From: Nostoc sp.
Lineage (GTDB): Bacteria; Cyanobacteriota; Cyanobacteriia; Cyanobacteriales; Nostocaceae
NCBI GenBank assembly: GCA_036918135.1
Contig: JBALDB010000056.1
Span: 32,001 to 96,000, forward strand
DNA length: 64,000 nucleotides
Direction: 5' to 3'
Notes under the pieces: generated by a model
Seen by the model: only the letters and a program-made list of their open reading frames with translations
The model's database searches: none
What the model was told of the DNA's origin: nothing
Translations under genes and position numbers: made by a program
Shown: one piece after another, positions 31,666-42,433 of the stretch
How the letters are laid out: each line of letters opens with the position of its first letter
Numbering within the stretch: position 1 is the stretch's first letter

Positions 31666-33093
31666 ATGTCTGCAACAGGATGTAGTAAAGCAGGAGACAG
31701 GTTAACAGCGATCGATTTGATGAAAACTATCTTCAGCCGTGCAGTTGTAATCTGCACAATTTGTATTTTCCCGATTAAAACATTAGCAGTGTCAAAACCC
31801 ACTGCAATTTTTCATGCATTCGATCGGCAGTATAGTGACATCGAAAAGGTTGTATGTGAAATCGGGAAGCAAGGATATTCTCACATTCAAATTCCTCCAG
31901 CCCAAAAATCTAATCCTGCCCCAGAATGGTGGGCGCGATATCAACCTTTAGACTACAACATTATTGAAGGTAGAGGTTCGCTCTTAAATTTAAAAAAACT
32001 GATTAATCAAGCCCATAGTTGTCATGTAAAAGTGATTGCTGATGTTGTTTTCAATCACATGGCTAATTTAGATGGTAATGATGATTTTGAAGATTTAACT
32101 AAATTTCCCGGTTTTTCTTTAAGTGACTTTAATTCAGATTCAAAGCGTCCAGGGAAAAAACCCTGTGATATTAATTATAACGATGGTAATAGAGATTCAG
32201 AAATTAATTGTTGGTTGGGTGGACTTCCTGACTTGATATTTACTAATAACGTTAAAACAATTCAAAAAGCTCATTTAAAGAAATTGCTAGATTTAGGGAT
32301 TGATGGATTTCGATTTGATGCTGCCAAGCATATGCCAACAGATGTTGTTAAAGAGTATGTCAGCTATGTGGATCGAGAAAGTAAAGGAAAAGCATGGAAT
32401 TATCTTGAGGTAATCACAGATAGTGACACCAGTGCAGAAAATTATAACTGGATTGCTGCTGTTACAGATTATGTTCTCTACAACTCAATGAAAAATGCCT
32501 TCAGTTTCAGTGGAGATTTGCGATCGCTGCGAATTCCCATAGCCATAAACGATCCGCGTAGTGTCACCTTTGGCAGAAACCACGATAATATCCGCGAGAT
32601 TAATTCAAGTGCCATCAACCCTTATAGGGATCGTTCTGACTCTTTCCTAGCAACAGCTTACGTCCTAGCAAGAGAAAGTGGCACTCCTCTAATACTGAAC
32701 TGGGATAATAGAGATGCTTCTTTTATTAAATATGGTGTCAAATTTCGCCAGATTATGGAGCAACGAGGAAATCAGGGAAAAAATATCAAAGAAAATGTTT
32801 TGGCAGCTGTTGATAGTCCGACTGTATTGCTAATGGAGCGAGGCAGTGAAGGATTTTTTGTTGTGAATAAAGGTGAGAATAAATTTAATGTTCCAGTACT
32901 GGATTTGACTTTGACGAATTTGTCAGGATGTTATCGGGAACTCCGTAATAACTTTACTGTTGCGATTGAGCGTCGCGAGGGCACTAAAAAATTTATCACT
33001 CGTTGGGGAAGCTGGAATAGAGGTGGTATGGAAGTTCAAAAACGCGATGCGCTTTATTTTATTCGAGAACCTTTTAATCAATGTCAAGTCTAG
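31666..33093 (+). CDS. Alpha-amylase (GH13), probably secreted; start may be 31720
   Basis: WWARYQP, ADVVFNH, DGFRFDAAKH (nucleophile), YLEV, NHD. Confidence 0.9.
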   Translation: MSATGCSKAGDRLTAIDLMKTIFSRAVVICTICIFPIKTLAVSKPTAIFHAFDRQYSDIEKVVCEIGKQGYSHIQIPPAQKSNPAPEWWARYQPLDYNIIEGRGSLLNLKKLINQAHSCHVKVIADVVFNHMANLDGNDDFEDLTKFPGFSLSDFNSDSKRPGKKPCDINYNDGNRDSEINCWLGGLPDLIFTNNVKTIQKAHLKKLLDLGIDGFRFDAAKHMPTDVVKEYVSYVDRESKGKAWNYLEVITDSDTSAENYNWIAAVTDYVLYNSMKNAFSFSGDLRSLRIPIAINDPRSVTFGRNHDNIREINSSAINPYRDRSDSFLATAYVLARESGTPLILNWDNRDASFIKYGVKFRQIMEQRGNQGKNIKENVLAAVDSPTVLLMERGSEGFFVVNKGENKFNVPVLDLTLTNLSGCYRELRNNFTVAIERREGTKKFITRWGSWNRGGMEVQKRDALYFIREPFNQCQV

Positions 33094-33241
33094 AGGCTTC
33101 CTCTTGCTCGAAAGTCTTGTGTACTCAGGATTATTGATTTTATAACAGGAGGCACGAGGTAAAACATTATTATTCCTGACATCCAGGCTTTCAAAATGTC
33201 CTAACCTTTAATTCGCTTGCTATATTTTCTGGAGAGAGCGA

Positions 33242-35059
33242 TTAAAGAGCGATAGGTAGGAATCCACCTGCCTGCATTTTCCATAATCTGTGGTAAGCAC
33301 CGCCTTGGGCCAAGAGTTTGGCGTGGGTACCATCTTCGATAATCCGACCTTGGTCGAACACTAAAATCCGGTCTAAATGGGCAATGGTAGACAGGCGATG
33401 AGCTACCACAATCACAGTTTTGCCATCCATTGCTAAATCTAAGGTTTCCTGGATCGCTTTTTCGGTAATCGAATCGAGACTGGAGGTGGCTTCATCCAAA
33501 ATTAGGATCGGGGCATCTTTAAGGATTACCCGCGCGATCGCAATCCGTTGTCTCTGCCCTCCAGATAATTTAACACCGCGTTCACCCACTAAAGAATCAT
33601 AACCCTCTTTCATCTTGACGATAAAATCGTGAGCATAAGCCTTGCGTGCGGCTTCAATTACTTCCTCATCGGTTGCATCTATGCGTCCGTAACGAATATT
33701 TTCGATCAATGTACGATGGAACAGAGATGGATCTTGGGGAATTAAGCCGATCTGGGCATGTAGGGCATTTTGAGTCATATCTCGAATATCGATCCCATCA
33801 ATGAGAATTTGTCCTGATTGAGAATCAAAAAGACGCAAAATTAAATTGACAAAAGTAGATTTTCCAGAGCCGGAAAAGCCCACCAAGCCAACACGCTCAC
33901 CTGGTTGGATGGCGATGGAGAGGTTTTCAAAGACTTGTTTGCCTAACGTGTAGCTGAAATTCACTTGCCGAAACTCAATTTTACCTTGGGTAATGGAATG
34001 AGCGATCGCTTTATCGCGATCGATTAACTCATGGGGTTGAACAATTATGGACACACCATTGACGACATTGCCGATATGTTCAAAGAATTCTATAAATCGT
34101 CGGCTCAAATTGCGGGCTTCACTAACAATCAACAATGACAGACTAGTTGCCACAACAAAGTCAGCAGCAGTGAGCGCTCCTTTACTCCAGAGTGAGAGCG
34201 AGTAATACAGGGTGCCAATTTTCAGAATCGCTGCTGAGATGAACTGAAACCAGCGAATTCGTTCTGAGTACCAGTTGGACTTTCTCACCTCATTGATTTC
34301 GCGCTTTAATTGCTCATTCAAATAGCGTCGTTCAAAACCCAGGCGAGCAAACAGTCGGCTACTGCTGAGATTTGTCACCGCATCTACAATCATGCCAGTC
34401 GTCTCACTTCTTGCGGCTGCGGCTTTGCGGGAGTAAATTCGGCAGCGAGTTGCTAGCCAGAACGAAATACTCACGAACAGAACTGCCCACACACCCACGA
34501 ATGCAGCAAGCGGAGGATAGGCACGATACAGTAATATCGCAGCGACAATATACACAACGATCAAGGACATAAATTCAGTAATTAGCATTTGCATCGTCTG
34601 GGTCACACCTAGAGAGGTTTCGCCGATGCGATGCGCCAATGCCCCAGCAAAACTACTACTCAGGTAGCGATGCGAATGGTGTTGCAAGTAGGCATATAGG
34701 GAGCGGACGATGTGCTGTCGGTGAATCGGATGGAGAATGGTCTGCAATAGTCCAGCCGCTCGCCCAAATATCACTTCACCTACACTTAAAGCGGTGAATA
34801 GCATCAGCGGTTGGCTAATAGCATCAAGAATGGGCTTAATGTCACCAGTCGATCGCGTCACGCTCCTGACGATCTGACCAATAGCATAGGGCAACATAAT
34901 ACCACAGGTTGCGTGTATTGTCTCCAGGATCGCCATTGCCAGATACCACCAGCGGAACTGGTTAACGAAATAACAAATGAACCTAAATGGAGTATCAGGT
35001 AAGTTTGGTGCATCGGCAGCACGTTGAAAAGATTTGGAAAGTTTGACCTTTTTTCTCAT
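33242..35059 (-). CDS. ABC transporter, fused permease/ATPase (exporter type)
   Basis: TM domain plus GFSGSGKS, LSGGQRQR, LILDEATS. Confidence 0.93.
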   Translation of the reverse strand: MRKKVKLSKSFQRAADAPNLPDTPFRFICYFVNQFRWWYLAMAILETIHATCGIMLPYAIGQIVRSVTRSTGDIKPILDAISQPLMLFTALSVGEVIFGRAAGLLQTILHPIHRQHIVRSLYAYLQHHSHRYLSSSFAGALAHRIGETSLGVTQTMQMLITEFMSLIVVYIVAAILLYRAYPPLAAFVGVWAVLFVSISFWLATRCRIYSRKAAAARSETTGMIVDAVTNLSSSRLFARLGFERRYLNEQLKREINEVRKSNWYSERIRWFQFISAAILKIGTLYYSLSLWSKGALTAADFVVATSLSLLIVSEARNLSRRFIEFFEHIGNVVNGVSIIVQPHELIDRDKAIAHSITQGKIEFRQVNFSYTLGKQVFENLSIAIQPGERVGLVGFSGSGKSTFVNLILRLFDSQSGQILIDGIDIRDMTQNALHAQIGLIPQDPSLFHRTLIENIRYGRIDATDEEVIEAARKAYAHDFIVKMKEGYDSLVGERGVKLSGGQRQRIAIARVILKDAPILILDEATSSLDSITEKAIQETLDLAMDGKTVIVVAHRLSTIAHLDRILVFDQGRIIEDGTHAKLLAQGGAYHRLWKMQAGGFLPIAL

Positions 35060-35173
35060 AAAAGTTGTTCTGGTAGTAGCAAGCTGTTCTGTAAAATAAA
35101 AATGGACGGCTGCTTTAGCCGCCCTATGGAGTTAAATTGAGTAGGAGAATAGAAAAATCCTAGTCTCTAGTTT

Positions 35174-36232
35174 CTAAACCATAATTTCAGGTGGTGTGAT
35201 TGCAGCATATAAATCCGGCGGAAGTAATGCATCCTGAATGTTAATTTTCTTTGGTATCACACCTTCTTGAAAGAATAAATCTGCCACGCGTTGTTGTTCT
35301 GCAATCAGTGCTTGGCTCAGGCCTCTGCGCCCTGCGAAAGTGCGACGAGACATCACCCTTGCGGCTACATCCTCATCAAGTTTTTGTTCAGAGATGATTA
35401 ATTTTTTTACCTCATCTCGATTCGCGTCTGCCCACTTATCAAGAGCTTGAAGTTCCTCAATGAGAATTTTGAGTATGCCAGGGTTTTCTTGGGCAAACTT
35501 CCTGTCAGCAATATAATAGCCACCAGGAGAATCTAGTCCAACAGCATCTCTGAGGACGCGAATTCGACCCATCTTTTCGGCGATTGCATAATGCGGATCG
35601 CTTGTCATCCAAACTGGAATTTTACCTTGGAGAAAAGCAGCTCGCGCCTCGATAGTTGGTATACTTTTAATTTTAATATCTCTGATAGTCAAGCCGATTG
35701 ACTGCAAGGCTCTGAGAATAAAATAGTGCGATGCCGAGCCTTTTTGAAAATAAACTTCTTGCCCCTTAATCTCCTCAAATTTTTTCAGCGGTGACTCTGG
35801 AGGTACAGCAATCACACTACTTGTCCCTGTTGTTTTGTTTCTTTGCGTACCGACGACATAAACCAACTGTGACCCAGCTACTTGGGCAAAAATTGGTGGC
35901 GTTTCCCCTACCGATCCTACGTCAACTCTTCCGGCAGCCATTCCTTCCATAAGCTGAGGCCCTTGGACAAATTGCGCCCATTCCACCTTGATTCCCAGCG
36001 GCTCTAAGCGTTTTTCTAAGACTTTCCGATTTCTGACAAGATCCCCCGCAGTTTGATAGCCCATGCGGAGAACTTTACTCTTGATCCCAAGGGAACTTGA
36101 ACTGCTAGTAGTATTATTTAATATATTTTGTTGGCTACAACTTCCTAACAAATATGCTAAAGAAAAACCTGATAGACTTGATGTAGCAACATTGAGAAAA
36201 CGACGGCGTTTAATCATAGCTAATTTATCCAT
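35174..36232 (-). CDS. SsuA/TauA-like aliphatic sulfonate ABC substrate-binding lipoprotein
   Basis: Tat-like RRRFL and lipobox LLGSC; VEWAQF..GPQLME, GETPPIFAQ, KGSASHY, EQQRVADLF. Confidence 0.85.
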   Translation of the reverse strand: MDKLAMIKRRRFLNVATSSLSGFSLAYLLGSCSQQNILNNTTSSSSSLGIKSKVLRMGYQTAGDLVRNRKVLEKRLEPLGIKVEWAQFVQGPQLMEGMAAGRVDVGSVGETPPIFAQVAGSQLVYVVGTQRNKTTGTSSVIAVPPESPLKKFEEIKGQEVYFQKGSASHYFILRALQSIGLTIRDIKIKSIPTIEARAAFLQGKIPVWMTSDPHYAIAEKMGRIRVLRDAVGLDSPGGYYIADRKFAQENPGILKILIEELQALDKWADANRDEVKKLIISEQKLDEDVAARVMSRRTFAGRRGLSQALIAEQQRVADLFFQEGVIPKKINIQDALLPPDLYAAITPPEIMV

Positions 36233-36296
36233 GAGATATTTCTGATTTAAAGGAATTCTGTAATCATTAGTCATTAGTTATTAGTCATTTGTCACT

Positions 36297-36360
36297 TGTA
36301 CTGAGCGACTTGTGCCGAGCAAAGCCGAGTAAGCCGTTGGCGCAGCCTCTCGTAGAGAAG
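36297..36360. repeat. Nested Nostoc-type short dispersed repeats within STRR
   Basis: ttgtactgagcgacttgtgccgagcaaagccgag and ccgttggcgcagcctctcgtagagaag, flanked by ttagtca heptamers. Confidence 0.5.
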
Positions 36361-36418
36361 TATTGGTCATTTCTCCCCCTACCTCCCCTTGTTCCCCACT
36401 CCCCACACTCCCCAATCT

Positions 36419-37417
36419 CTAACGCAGAGAATCTCCGCTGCGATATTCGGCGGTGAGGTCGTCGAGTTTTTGTTTCAAATTGTCGTCGAGTTTTACTTCC
36501 ACAGCCTTAAGGCTGTCAGCAAGTTGTTCTGGGCGGCTAGCACCAACTATCGGGGCAGTGATAATCGGATTAGCCAGAACCCAAGCTAGAGCTAGAGTCG
36601 TAAGCGACAATCCAGCCAAGTCCGCGACTGTACGTAATTCCTCAACAGTATTAAACTCGCGATCGCGCCAATAGCGTTCTTGATAACGTTCTGCAACAGC
36701 ACCCAGAGTAAAACGCGTGCCTGCGGTAGGGCCTTGAGCGAGATTGTGTTTACCGGTGAGCAGACCACCCGCCAAGGGATTATAGGAAATTACACCCAGT
36801 CCTTCTTCTTTTGCCAAAGGCAGTAGTTCTCGCTCAATTTCGCGGAACAGCAGGTTATAGCGAGGCTGAATCGAGACAAAGCGAGTCAGATTACGCACAT
36901 CAGCGCGACCCAAGGCACGGCTGAGTCGATAAGCTAAGAAGTTAGAAACCCCGATATAGCGTGCTTTACCAGCACGAACTACTGTATCCAATGCTTCTAG
37001 AGTTTCATCAAGGGGGGTTGAGGCATCGTCGGAGTGCAATTGATACAAGTCTACATAATCTGTTTGCAGCCGTCTTAGAGAAGCATCGATCGCATCTAGA
37101 ATATGTTTGCGTGAAGCACCCCGATCCCAAGGCGCAGGGCCAACTTGGCCTACGCACTTTGTAGCCACAATAAAATGTTCGCGTTTGCCTTTGAGCCAGC
37201 GCCCAACTATTTCTTCAGTACGCCCAGCAGTGGCTAGTCCACCCCCAAGTGGATAAACATCCGCTGTATCCAAAAAGTTGATTCCAGCATCAGCGGCGAT
37301 GTCAAGAATCTGCTTGGAAGTTTCTTCATCAATCTGGAATCCGAAGGTCATGGTGCCCAGACAAAGGCGAGAAATGGTCAATCCGGTTTTACCGAGTTTA
37401 GTGCTTGGTAGGGTCAT
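36419..37417 (-). CDS. Aldo/keto reductase
   Basis: LCLGTMTFG, DTADVY, ATK, DLYQLH, YIGVSN, YNPLAGG. Confidence 0.93.
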   Translation of the reverse strand: MTLPSTKLGKTGLTISRLCLGTMTFGFQIDEETSKQILDIAADAGINFLDTADVYPLGGGLATAGRTEEIVGRWLKGKREHFIVATKCVGQVGPAPWDRGASRKHILDAIDASLRRLQTDYVDLYQLHSDDASTPLDETLEALDTVVRAGKARYIGVSNFLAYRLSRALGRADVRNLTRFVSIQPRYNLLFREIERELLPLAKEEGLGVISYNPLAGGLLTGKHNLAQGPTAGTRFTLGAVAERYQERYWRDREFNTVEELRTVADLAGLSLTTLALAWVLANPIITAPIVGASRPEQLADSLKAVEVKLDDNLKQKLDDLTAEYRSGDSLR

Positions 37418-37707
37418 GGTGTTGGTTGTTGAGTTAAAGGGATTGGGGAATTCAATTTTAGATTTTGAATTTTAATCCAAAATCAAGTTCGGTTAATTAC
37501 GAAAAAAGGAGTAGGTCTTTTTGGTAATTGGGAAAAAGGTAATTGGTAATTGCCAAGAGGTGAACAGTTATGTTTTTCTCCCCCATTACCCATTAGCGAT
37601 TACCCATTACCCATTACCAACCCTCACAGATATCATAAGTATTCAACCGGAGATGATATAAAATCCAAAATCTAAAATTCCTAACTCCCCGTATCCAGCA
37701 AAGTCAT

Positions 37708-39246
37708 TTACACTACTGCTAAGTTCCGATCCACTTGTTGAGATTCGATGTTAGCTACCTTGGATTCAACCGCTGTTCCCTTGAAGAAGTCTCTTTTGGC
37801 TTGGGTGTAGAACTTGTAAGGATTAGTGAATACATAAGACTTGAAGTCTGCTTCGGAAATCACGCCTTCTGCTACGAGATCCCAGCTTTCAGCCAAGGGA
37901 GAGGTAAGATCGGGCACATCCCAGTGACCAACATCAGAGGAATAGATGGCATTGATTTTCACACCCAACGGATTGGCTTTATCATTGAATGCTGCGGCGA
38001 TGGTGCGGTCGTCTGACTCGGAGCCAAAGAAGAAACTATTCACCCAGCGATCGCGGATGTCTTCAATTGTTTCAATTCCTGCTGCGGCAAAATCGTTGAG
38101 TTCGCTGGCAACTGGTTGGCGGCTATAACGGTTAAATGAAGAACCTAATACACTCTTAGTCAATTCTTCTTTGCTCAGGGAATACCCTTGAGTAATTTCG
38201 CCACCGAAACGCTCGAACAACTCGAACAACTCATCAGAATTTGTTAGTTCTGGGTTGTAGTTTTCCAGTCCCTTGAGATTGCGCTTGGAAAAGCGATCTA
38301 CCAAATGAATATAAACGTGGGCACCCCAGTCTGCGCCCCCTTCTAACATACCTACGCGCAACTGTGGAAAACGCTTGGTCACACCACCAAAGAACAACGC
38401 TTTGGCAAATGCTTGGGAACCATCAGCGAAGTGACCGATGTGGTTATTCATGTAGTTACTGATGGACGAGCGTCCAGTCCAACCCTGACTGCCGTAGTGG
38501 GTAGTAACAGGTACACCTAGTTCGACGACCTTAGCCCAGAATGGATCGTAGTCATATTCACTATCCAAACCGTAAAAGTCGATATAAGAGGCATACTTAG
38601 CGATTTCCGGGAATTGCTCGGCTGGATATTTCTCGGCGAGCGCCTTAATCGGTCGTTTTACACCACCAGGAATATTAACTACTTTTAAACCCAGTGTTTT
38701 CACTGTAAATTCAAGCTCCTCAATGGCTTCTTGAGGATTACTCATGGGGATACCAGCCACCGGTGTCAGGCGATCGCTATATTTTCGGTAGATATCAGCA
38801 TGGTAGTGATTCACCGCTCGTTGCAGTGCTTGACGGTTCTCTGGACTTGCCCCAGCCGGTGCTAAGACATTGTTGGGAAACAGCACCGAATAGTCTGACC
38901 CCTGCTCTGCTTGACGCTCATAGAGCAATGCCGGGAGCGTGTAAGTAGCAAGATCCAGCGTATTGCGAGTGACTCTTGCCCACCAAGGCGATCGAATTGT
39001 GCGGTTGTGTTGACGTTCTTGGGGAGTTTGTTGATACCAATCTTTACCATTGCTCTTAGAGTTAAGACGCGAAGCTTCCGCCTTGCGTAATTCATCTACG
39101 AGTTTTGCACCACCATAATTAGCAATGTAATCCTCAAAAGCTGGGGTGAAATCATTAGTATGAACGTCAGTATCGATTACCGGATAATCAAGAGTTGCTC
39201 TGATTCCAGCAGAGCGAGAAGTTTTTAATCGGCTATATTCAGTCAT
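37708..39246 (-). CDS. Amidohydrolase_2 family metal-dependent hydrolase
   Basis: IDTDVH, YDPFWAK..LGVPVTTH, GVTKRFPQLRVGMLEGG, YSSDVGHWD. Confidence 0.87.
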   Translation of the reverse strand: MTEYSRLKTSRSAGIRATLDYPVIDTDVHTNDFTPAFEDYIANYGGAKLVDELRKAEASRLNSKSNGKDWYQQTPQERQHNRTIRSPWWARVTRNTLDLATYTLPALLYERQAEQGSDYSVLFPNNVLAPAGASPENRQALQRAVNHYHADIYRKYSDRLTPVAGIPMSNPQEAIEELEFTVKTLGLKVVNIPGGVKRPIKALAEKYPAEQFPEIAKYASYIDFYGLDSEYDYDPFWAKVVELGVPVTTHYGSQGWTGRSSISNYMNNHIGHFADGSQAFAKALFFGGVTKRFPQLRVGMLEGGADWGAHVYIHLVDRFSKRNLKGLENYNPELTNSDELFELFERFGGEITQGYSLSKEELTKSVLGSSFNRYSRQPVASELNDFAAAGIETIEDIRDRWVNSFFFGSESDDRTIAAAFNDKANPLGVKINAIYSSDVGHWDVPDLTSPLAESWDLVAEGVISEADFKSYVFTNPYKFYTQAKRDFFKGTAVESKVANIESQQVDRNLAVV

Positions 39247-39417
39247 GCTTTTTCCTTCCAAAAATTACAAATTTTAATCCAATGTCTTTGGAAATTGAGA
39301 GCGCTCAGTTAAGAGTTTTTCTCCCTCTACTCCCTACCCCCTGCCTCTTCTCTAGGGTGGAGATCTACAGAAATTACGTTTTAAAAGGTATGGCTTAAGC
39401 ATCTATAAAAAATTCCT

Positions 39418-40782
39418 TCACGCCAACACCAATCTTTCATTCACTTGTTTACTGGCAAAACGATTGCTCGGCCGACCCAATCCCAAATTTTCACGCAAGG
39501 TACTGCCTTCGTATTCGGTACGAAATAGTCCGCGTTTTTGGAGGACAGGAATCACTAGGTTAACGAAATCATCTAACCCTGTAGGTAAGATTGGCGGCAT
39601 GATATTAAACCCGTCTGCTGCATTGTTGTTGAACCATTCTTCTAACTGGTCAGCAATAGTTTCAGGAGTACCAAGGATGGTGCGATGACCTCTGGCAGTA
39701 GCAAGAGAAAGATATAACTGGCGCAGCGTCAGAGTGCCACGAGTAGCTAAATCCTTGACTAGTTTGAGACGACTCTTGTTGGTATTGGTGTCGCTAGGTA
39801 GTTCGGGAGTTATATCATCTAGAGAATATTTGGATAAATCGACACCTTTGTAATAATTTTCCAAAATACCCCAGGCTACATCGGGGTGAATCAACGATTG
39901 TAATAATTCGTACTTTTCTTGAGCTTCTGATTCAGTACGGCCAATGATAGGGAAAGCACCAGGCATAATTTTTAGTTCGTCTGGCGAACGCCCATATTTA
40001 GCCAGCCGACCTTTAAGATCGGTATAAAATTCCTGGGCATCGGCTAGGGTTTGATTAGCGGTGAAGATAACTTCGGCAGTACGCGCAGCCAAGTCCCGTC
40101 CAGCTTCAGAGGCTCCAGCCTGCACAATCACCGGATAGCCTTGGGGTGGACGACCAACGTTCAAGGGGCCTTTTACAGAAAAATGTTTGCCCTTATGATT
40201 AAGTATGTGCAGTTTGTTCAAATCGAAATAGATACCAGATTCTTTGTCACGGATGAAGGCGTCGTCTTCCCAGCTATCCCATAGTCCTTTTACCACTTCT
40301 ACAAACTCTTCGGCACGTTCATAACGCTGGCTGTGTTCGGGGTGTTGGTCGTGACCGAAATTGCGAGCAGCATTCTCATTGCCTGTGGTGACTACATTCC
40401 AGCCTGCCCGACCTTTACTTAAATAGTCTAAAGAGGCAAACTTACGTGCCAAGGTGTAGGGTTCTTCATAGGTGGTCGAGGCAGTAGCAATGAAGCCGAT
40501 GTTTTGGGTGATAGAGGACAAAGCCGAAAACAGGGTGACCGGCTCGAAATGAACAAGTTTACCATTGCGTTTTTGAGTTTCCGGTGCACCACCCCAGATT
40601 CCTGGGCTGTCTGCTAGAAAAACTGCATCGAACAAGCCACGTTCGGCGGTCTGGGTAATTTCTTTGTAATGCTCAAAATTCAAGCCAGCATCCGCTTGTG
40701 AATCGGGATGCCGCCAAGCAGAAACATGATGTCCGGTGGCTTGAATAAATGCACCTAACCGAAACTTACGTGTTTTGTTCAT
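39418..40782 (-). CDS. LLM-class FMN-dependent monooxygenase (NtaA/DszA/SnaA type)
   Basis: AERGLFDAVFLAD, ATASTTY, GRAGWNVVT, QAGAS..GRDLAAR, TLRENLGL; ATG 40782 preferred. Confidence 0.92.
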   Translation of the reverse strand: MNKTRKFRLGAFIQATGHHVSAWRHPDSQADAGLNFEHYKEITQTAERGLFDAVFLADSPGIWGGAPETQKRNGKLVHFEPVTLFSALSSITQNIGFIATASTTYEEPYTLARKFASLDYLSKGRAGWNVVTTGNENAARNFGHDQHPEHSQRYERAEEFVEVVKGLWDSWEDDAFIRDKESGIYFDLNKLHILNHKGKHFSVKGPLNVGRPPQGYPVIVQAGASEAGRDLAARTAEVIFTANQTLADAQEFYTDLKGRLAKYGRSPDELKIMPGAFPIIGRTESEAQEKYELLQSLIHPDVAWGILENYYKGVDLSKYSLDDITPELPSDTNTNKSRLKLVKDLATRGTLTLRQLYLSLATARGHRTILGTPETIADQLEEWFNNNAADGFNIMPPILPTGLDDFVNLVIPVLQKRGLFRTEYEGSTLRENLGLGRPSNRFASKQVNERLVLA

Positions 40783-41343
40783 ATATTTTGTTGTTTTGTT
40801 ATATTGCGTTAGTGCTAGCTCTACCGGAGGTATCGCTATATGTATACCCAATGACTTTTCATGTCTGCGTCAGGTATGCCTAAAGCAGATATAAAAAGAC
40901 AATGAATGTAATAATGGAATGCTTTGGCAACAACTAAACTTACTTGCAGAAGCTTACTGATTGCTTTACAAAAAATTAGATGACGGAATTGTAGCTCAGG
41001 TTGATACTACAGCAGAACTAAAGATGCTACTACTTGGGGAGCTAAACACCATAAATTTCTATAGGAATTTGACTCAGCAGATACACTTTACACAATAAAC
41101 ACAAAAAAAGATGTGTTGGCAATCACAATTGTATGATAAACGAATTATTAGTTATTCAAACATTAAGTATTGCAAATTTGGTGCTAGGCATTGGGAGTGT
41201 TGGCTGATGACTGTTGAGAAGGCACAAGGCAGTCCCGATGAAATAAGTTTCACCACCAAGCATGAAAAATGTATTTTCCCCTACACCCTTACACCCCTCT
41301 TTCAAGTCAGAGGGTAGGAGGCAGAATTCCATAAAAGCTTCTG

Positions 41344-42238
41344 GTTGAGTCGATGGGGAGTATTATCTCCCACACCTCTCAGTTAGAACCGGACATGCCG
41401 CGTTTCCGTGCATCCGGCTCCCGATGCTCTGGTTTGCTCATGTGCAGGTAATCATGACAGCTTTCATGGATTGCTATTAGATTATTCTTTTTCCAGTTGG
41501 AGTGGTTCCCGTTTTTGTGATGTAGGTTAACTTTCTCATCAGATAGGAGTTTAAGTCCACAGGCTGCACAAGTATGGTTTTGCCGTTTTAAGGCAGAAGA
41601 GGTTTCACCGTCGTAGAGTTTGCTGTTACGTTGGCTCCAGTAGGCGATGTCTCCATCAAAAGGTGATTTTGTGCCTTTGACGTTGACGTGTTTGTTTTCG
41701 GAGTAGGAAACCTTGGGGAACGCCTTGTCCAGCAAGACCTTGCTGGTTTCGCGGTTGAGTTTGGTTTCCTTGTTGAACACCTTGAATGCTCTGCGTTGGA
41801 TGTGATACAACGAAAATCGTGAACCGTTCATCTTGCAGTAGCGGTGGTAGTTCCTCCATCCTCTAACTACAGGGGCTAATTTGAAAGCCTTTGTTGTAGC
41901 ACCAATATTCGAGTTGTTGACAATGCGCTTTACTTTCTGACGGAATATCTTAAAGTTGTCCGCTGAAGGGATACATCTAAATTTTCCGTTGTTCTGCACG
42001 CTTATGTGCCAACCAAGGAAATCAAAGCCCAAAGTCGTAGCGGTTAGCTTGGTCTTTTTCTGGCTGATATTCATCCCCCTATCTGCTAGAAATTGGCTGA
42101 TTTTGGCTAGTATGATGTTGGAGGTGGGCAGGACTTTCACCTGCATCTATCTAAGAGTTCAACCATCTCTATTTCTAGATTTGGTTGGTGGGGTTATTTA
42201 CGGACTGATTACCGTGATTCACCCACATCGAATCGCAC
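41344..42238 (-). mobile_element. Internally deleted group II intron (~895 nt) retaining both ends
   Basis: 5' GTGCG at 42238 plus ~120 nt of domain I; 3' domain V GAGCCGGATGCACGGAAACGCGGCATGTCCGGTTC and domain VI ending ACTCAAC. Confidence 0.85.
41379..42146 (-). pseudogene. Truncated group II intron-encoded protein (RT7, maturase X and HNH only; no YADD)
   Basis: GFDFLGW, RGWRNYHRY, KSPFDGD..YW, CAAC..HH..N..N..H..CH; the RT0-5 region is missing. Confidence 0.88.
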
Positions 42239-42433
42239 GCCCTCTGCCTTTGTTCGATAACTGTTGACTGTTTGATGAGGAGTTAAGAGTTATTCTCACC
42301 CTATCCCCTGCCCCTTGCTCCCCTCTCCCCTGCCTCGGCCTCATTCCCTAGTTTGCACTAATAGAATAATTTCCCCATCACCGTCACTATCCCGGTTATA
42401 CTCTCTACAGTTAACCCCTACCATTAACTTTTT

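Noticed and set aside
40976..41090. Cys-containing leader peptide or riboswitch upstream of the monooxygenase cluster
   Set aside because: The frame with adjacent Cys codons is closed by upstream stops and has no start; no riboswitch consensus recognised
41379..42146. Active reverse transcriptase, retron or DGR
   Set aside because: No RT0-5 region or YADD motif, and no template/variable repeat pair seen
31423..42238. One giant cargo-carrying group II intron from 42238 to 31423
   Set aside because: The 5' end pairs better with the 3' end at ~41344, whose exon join restores an STRR; the 31423 end has a different domain V/VI and a tnpB exon
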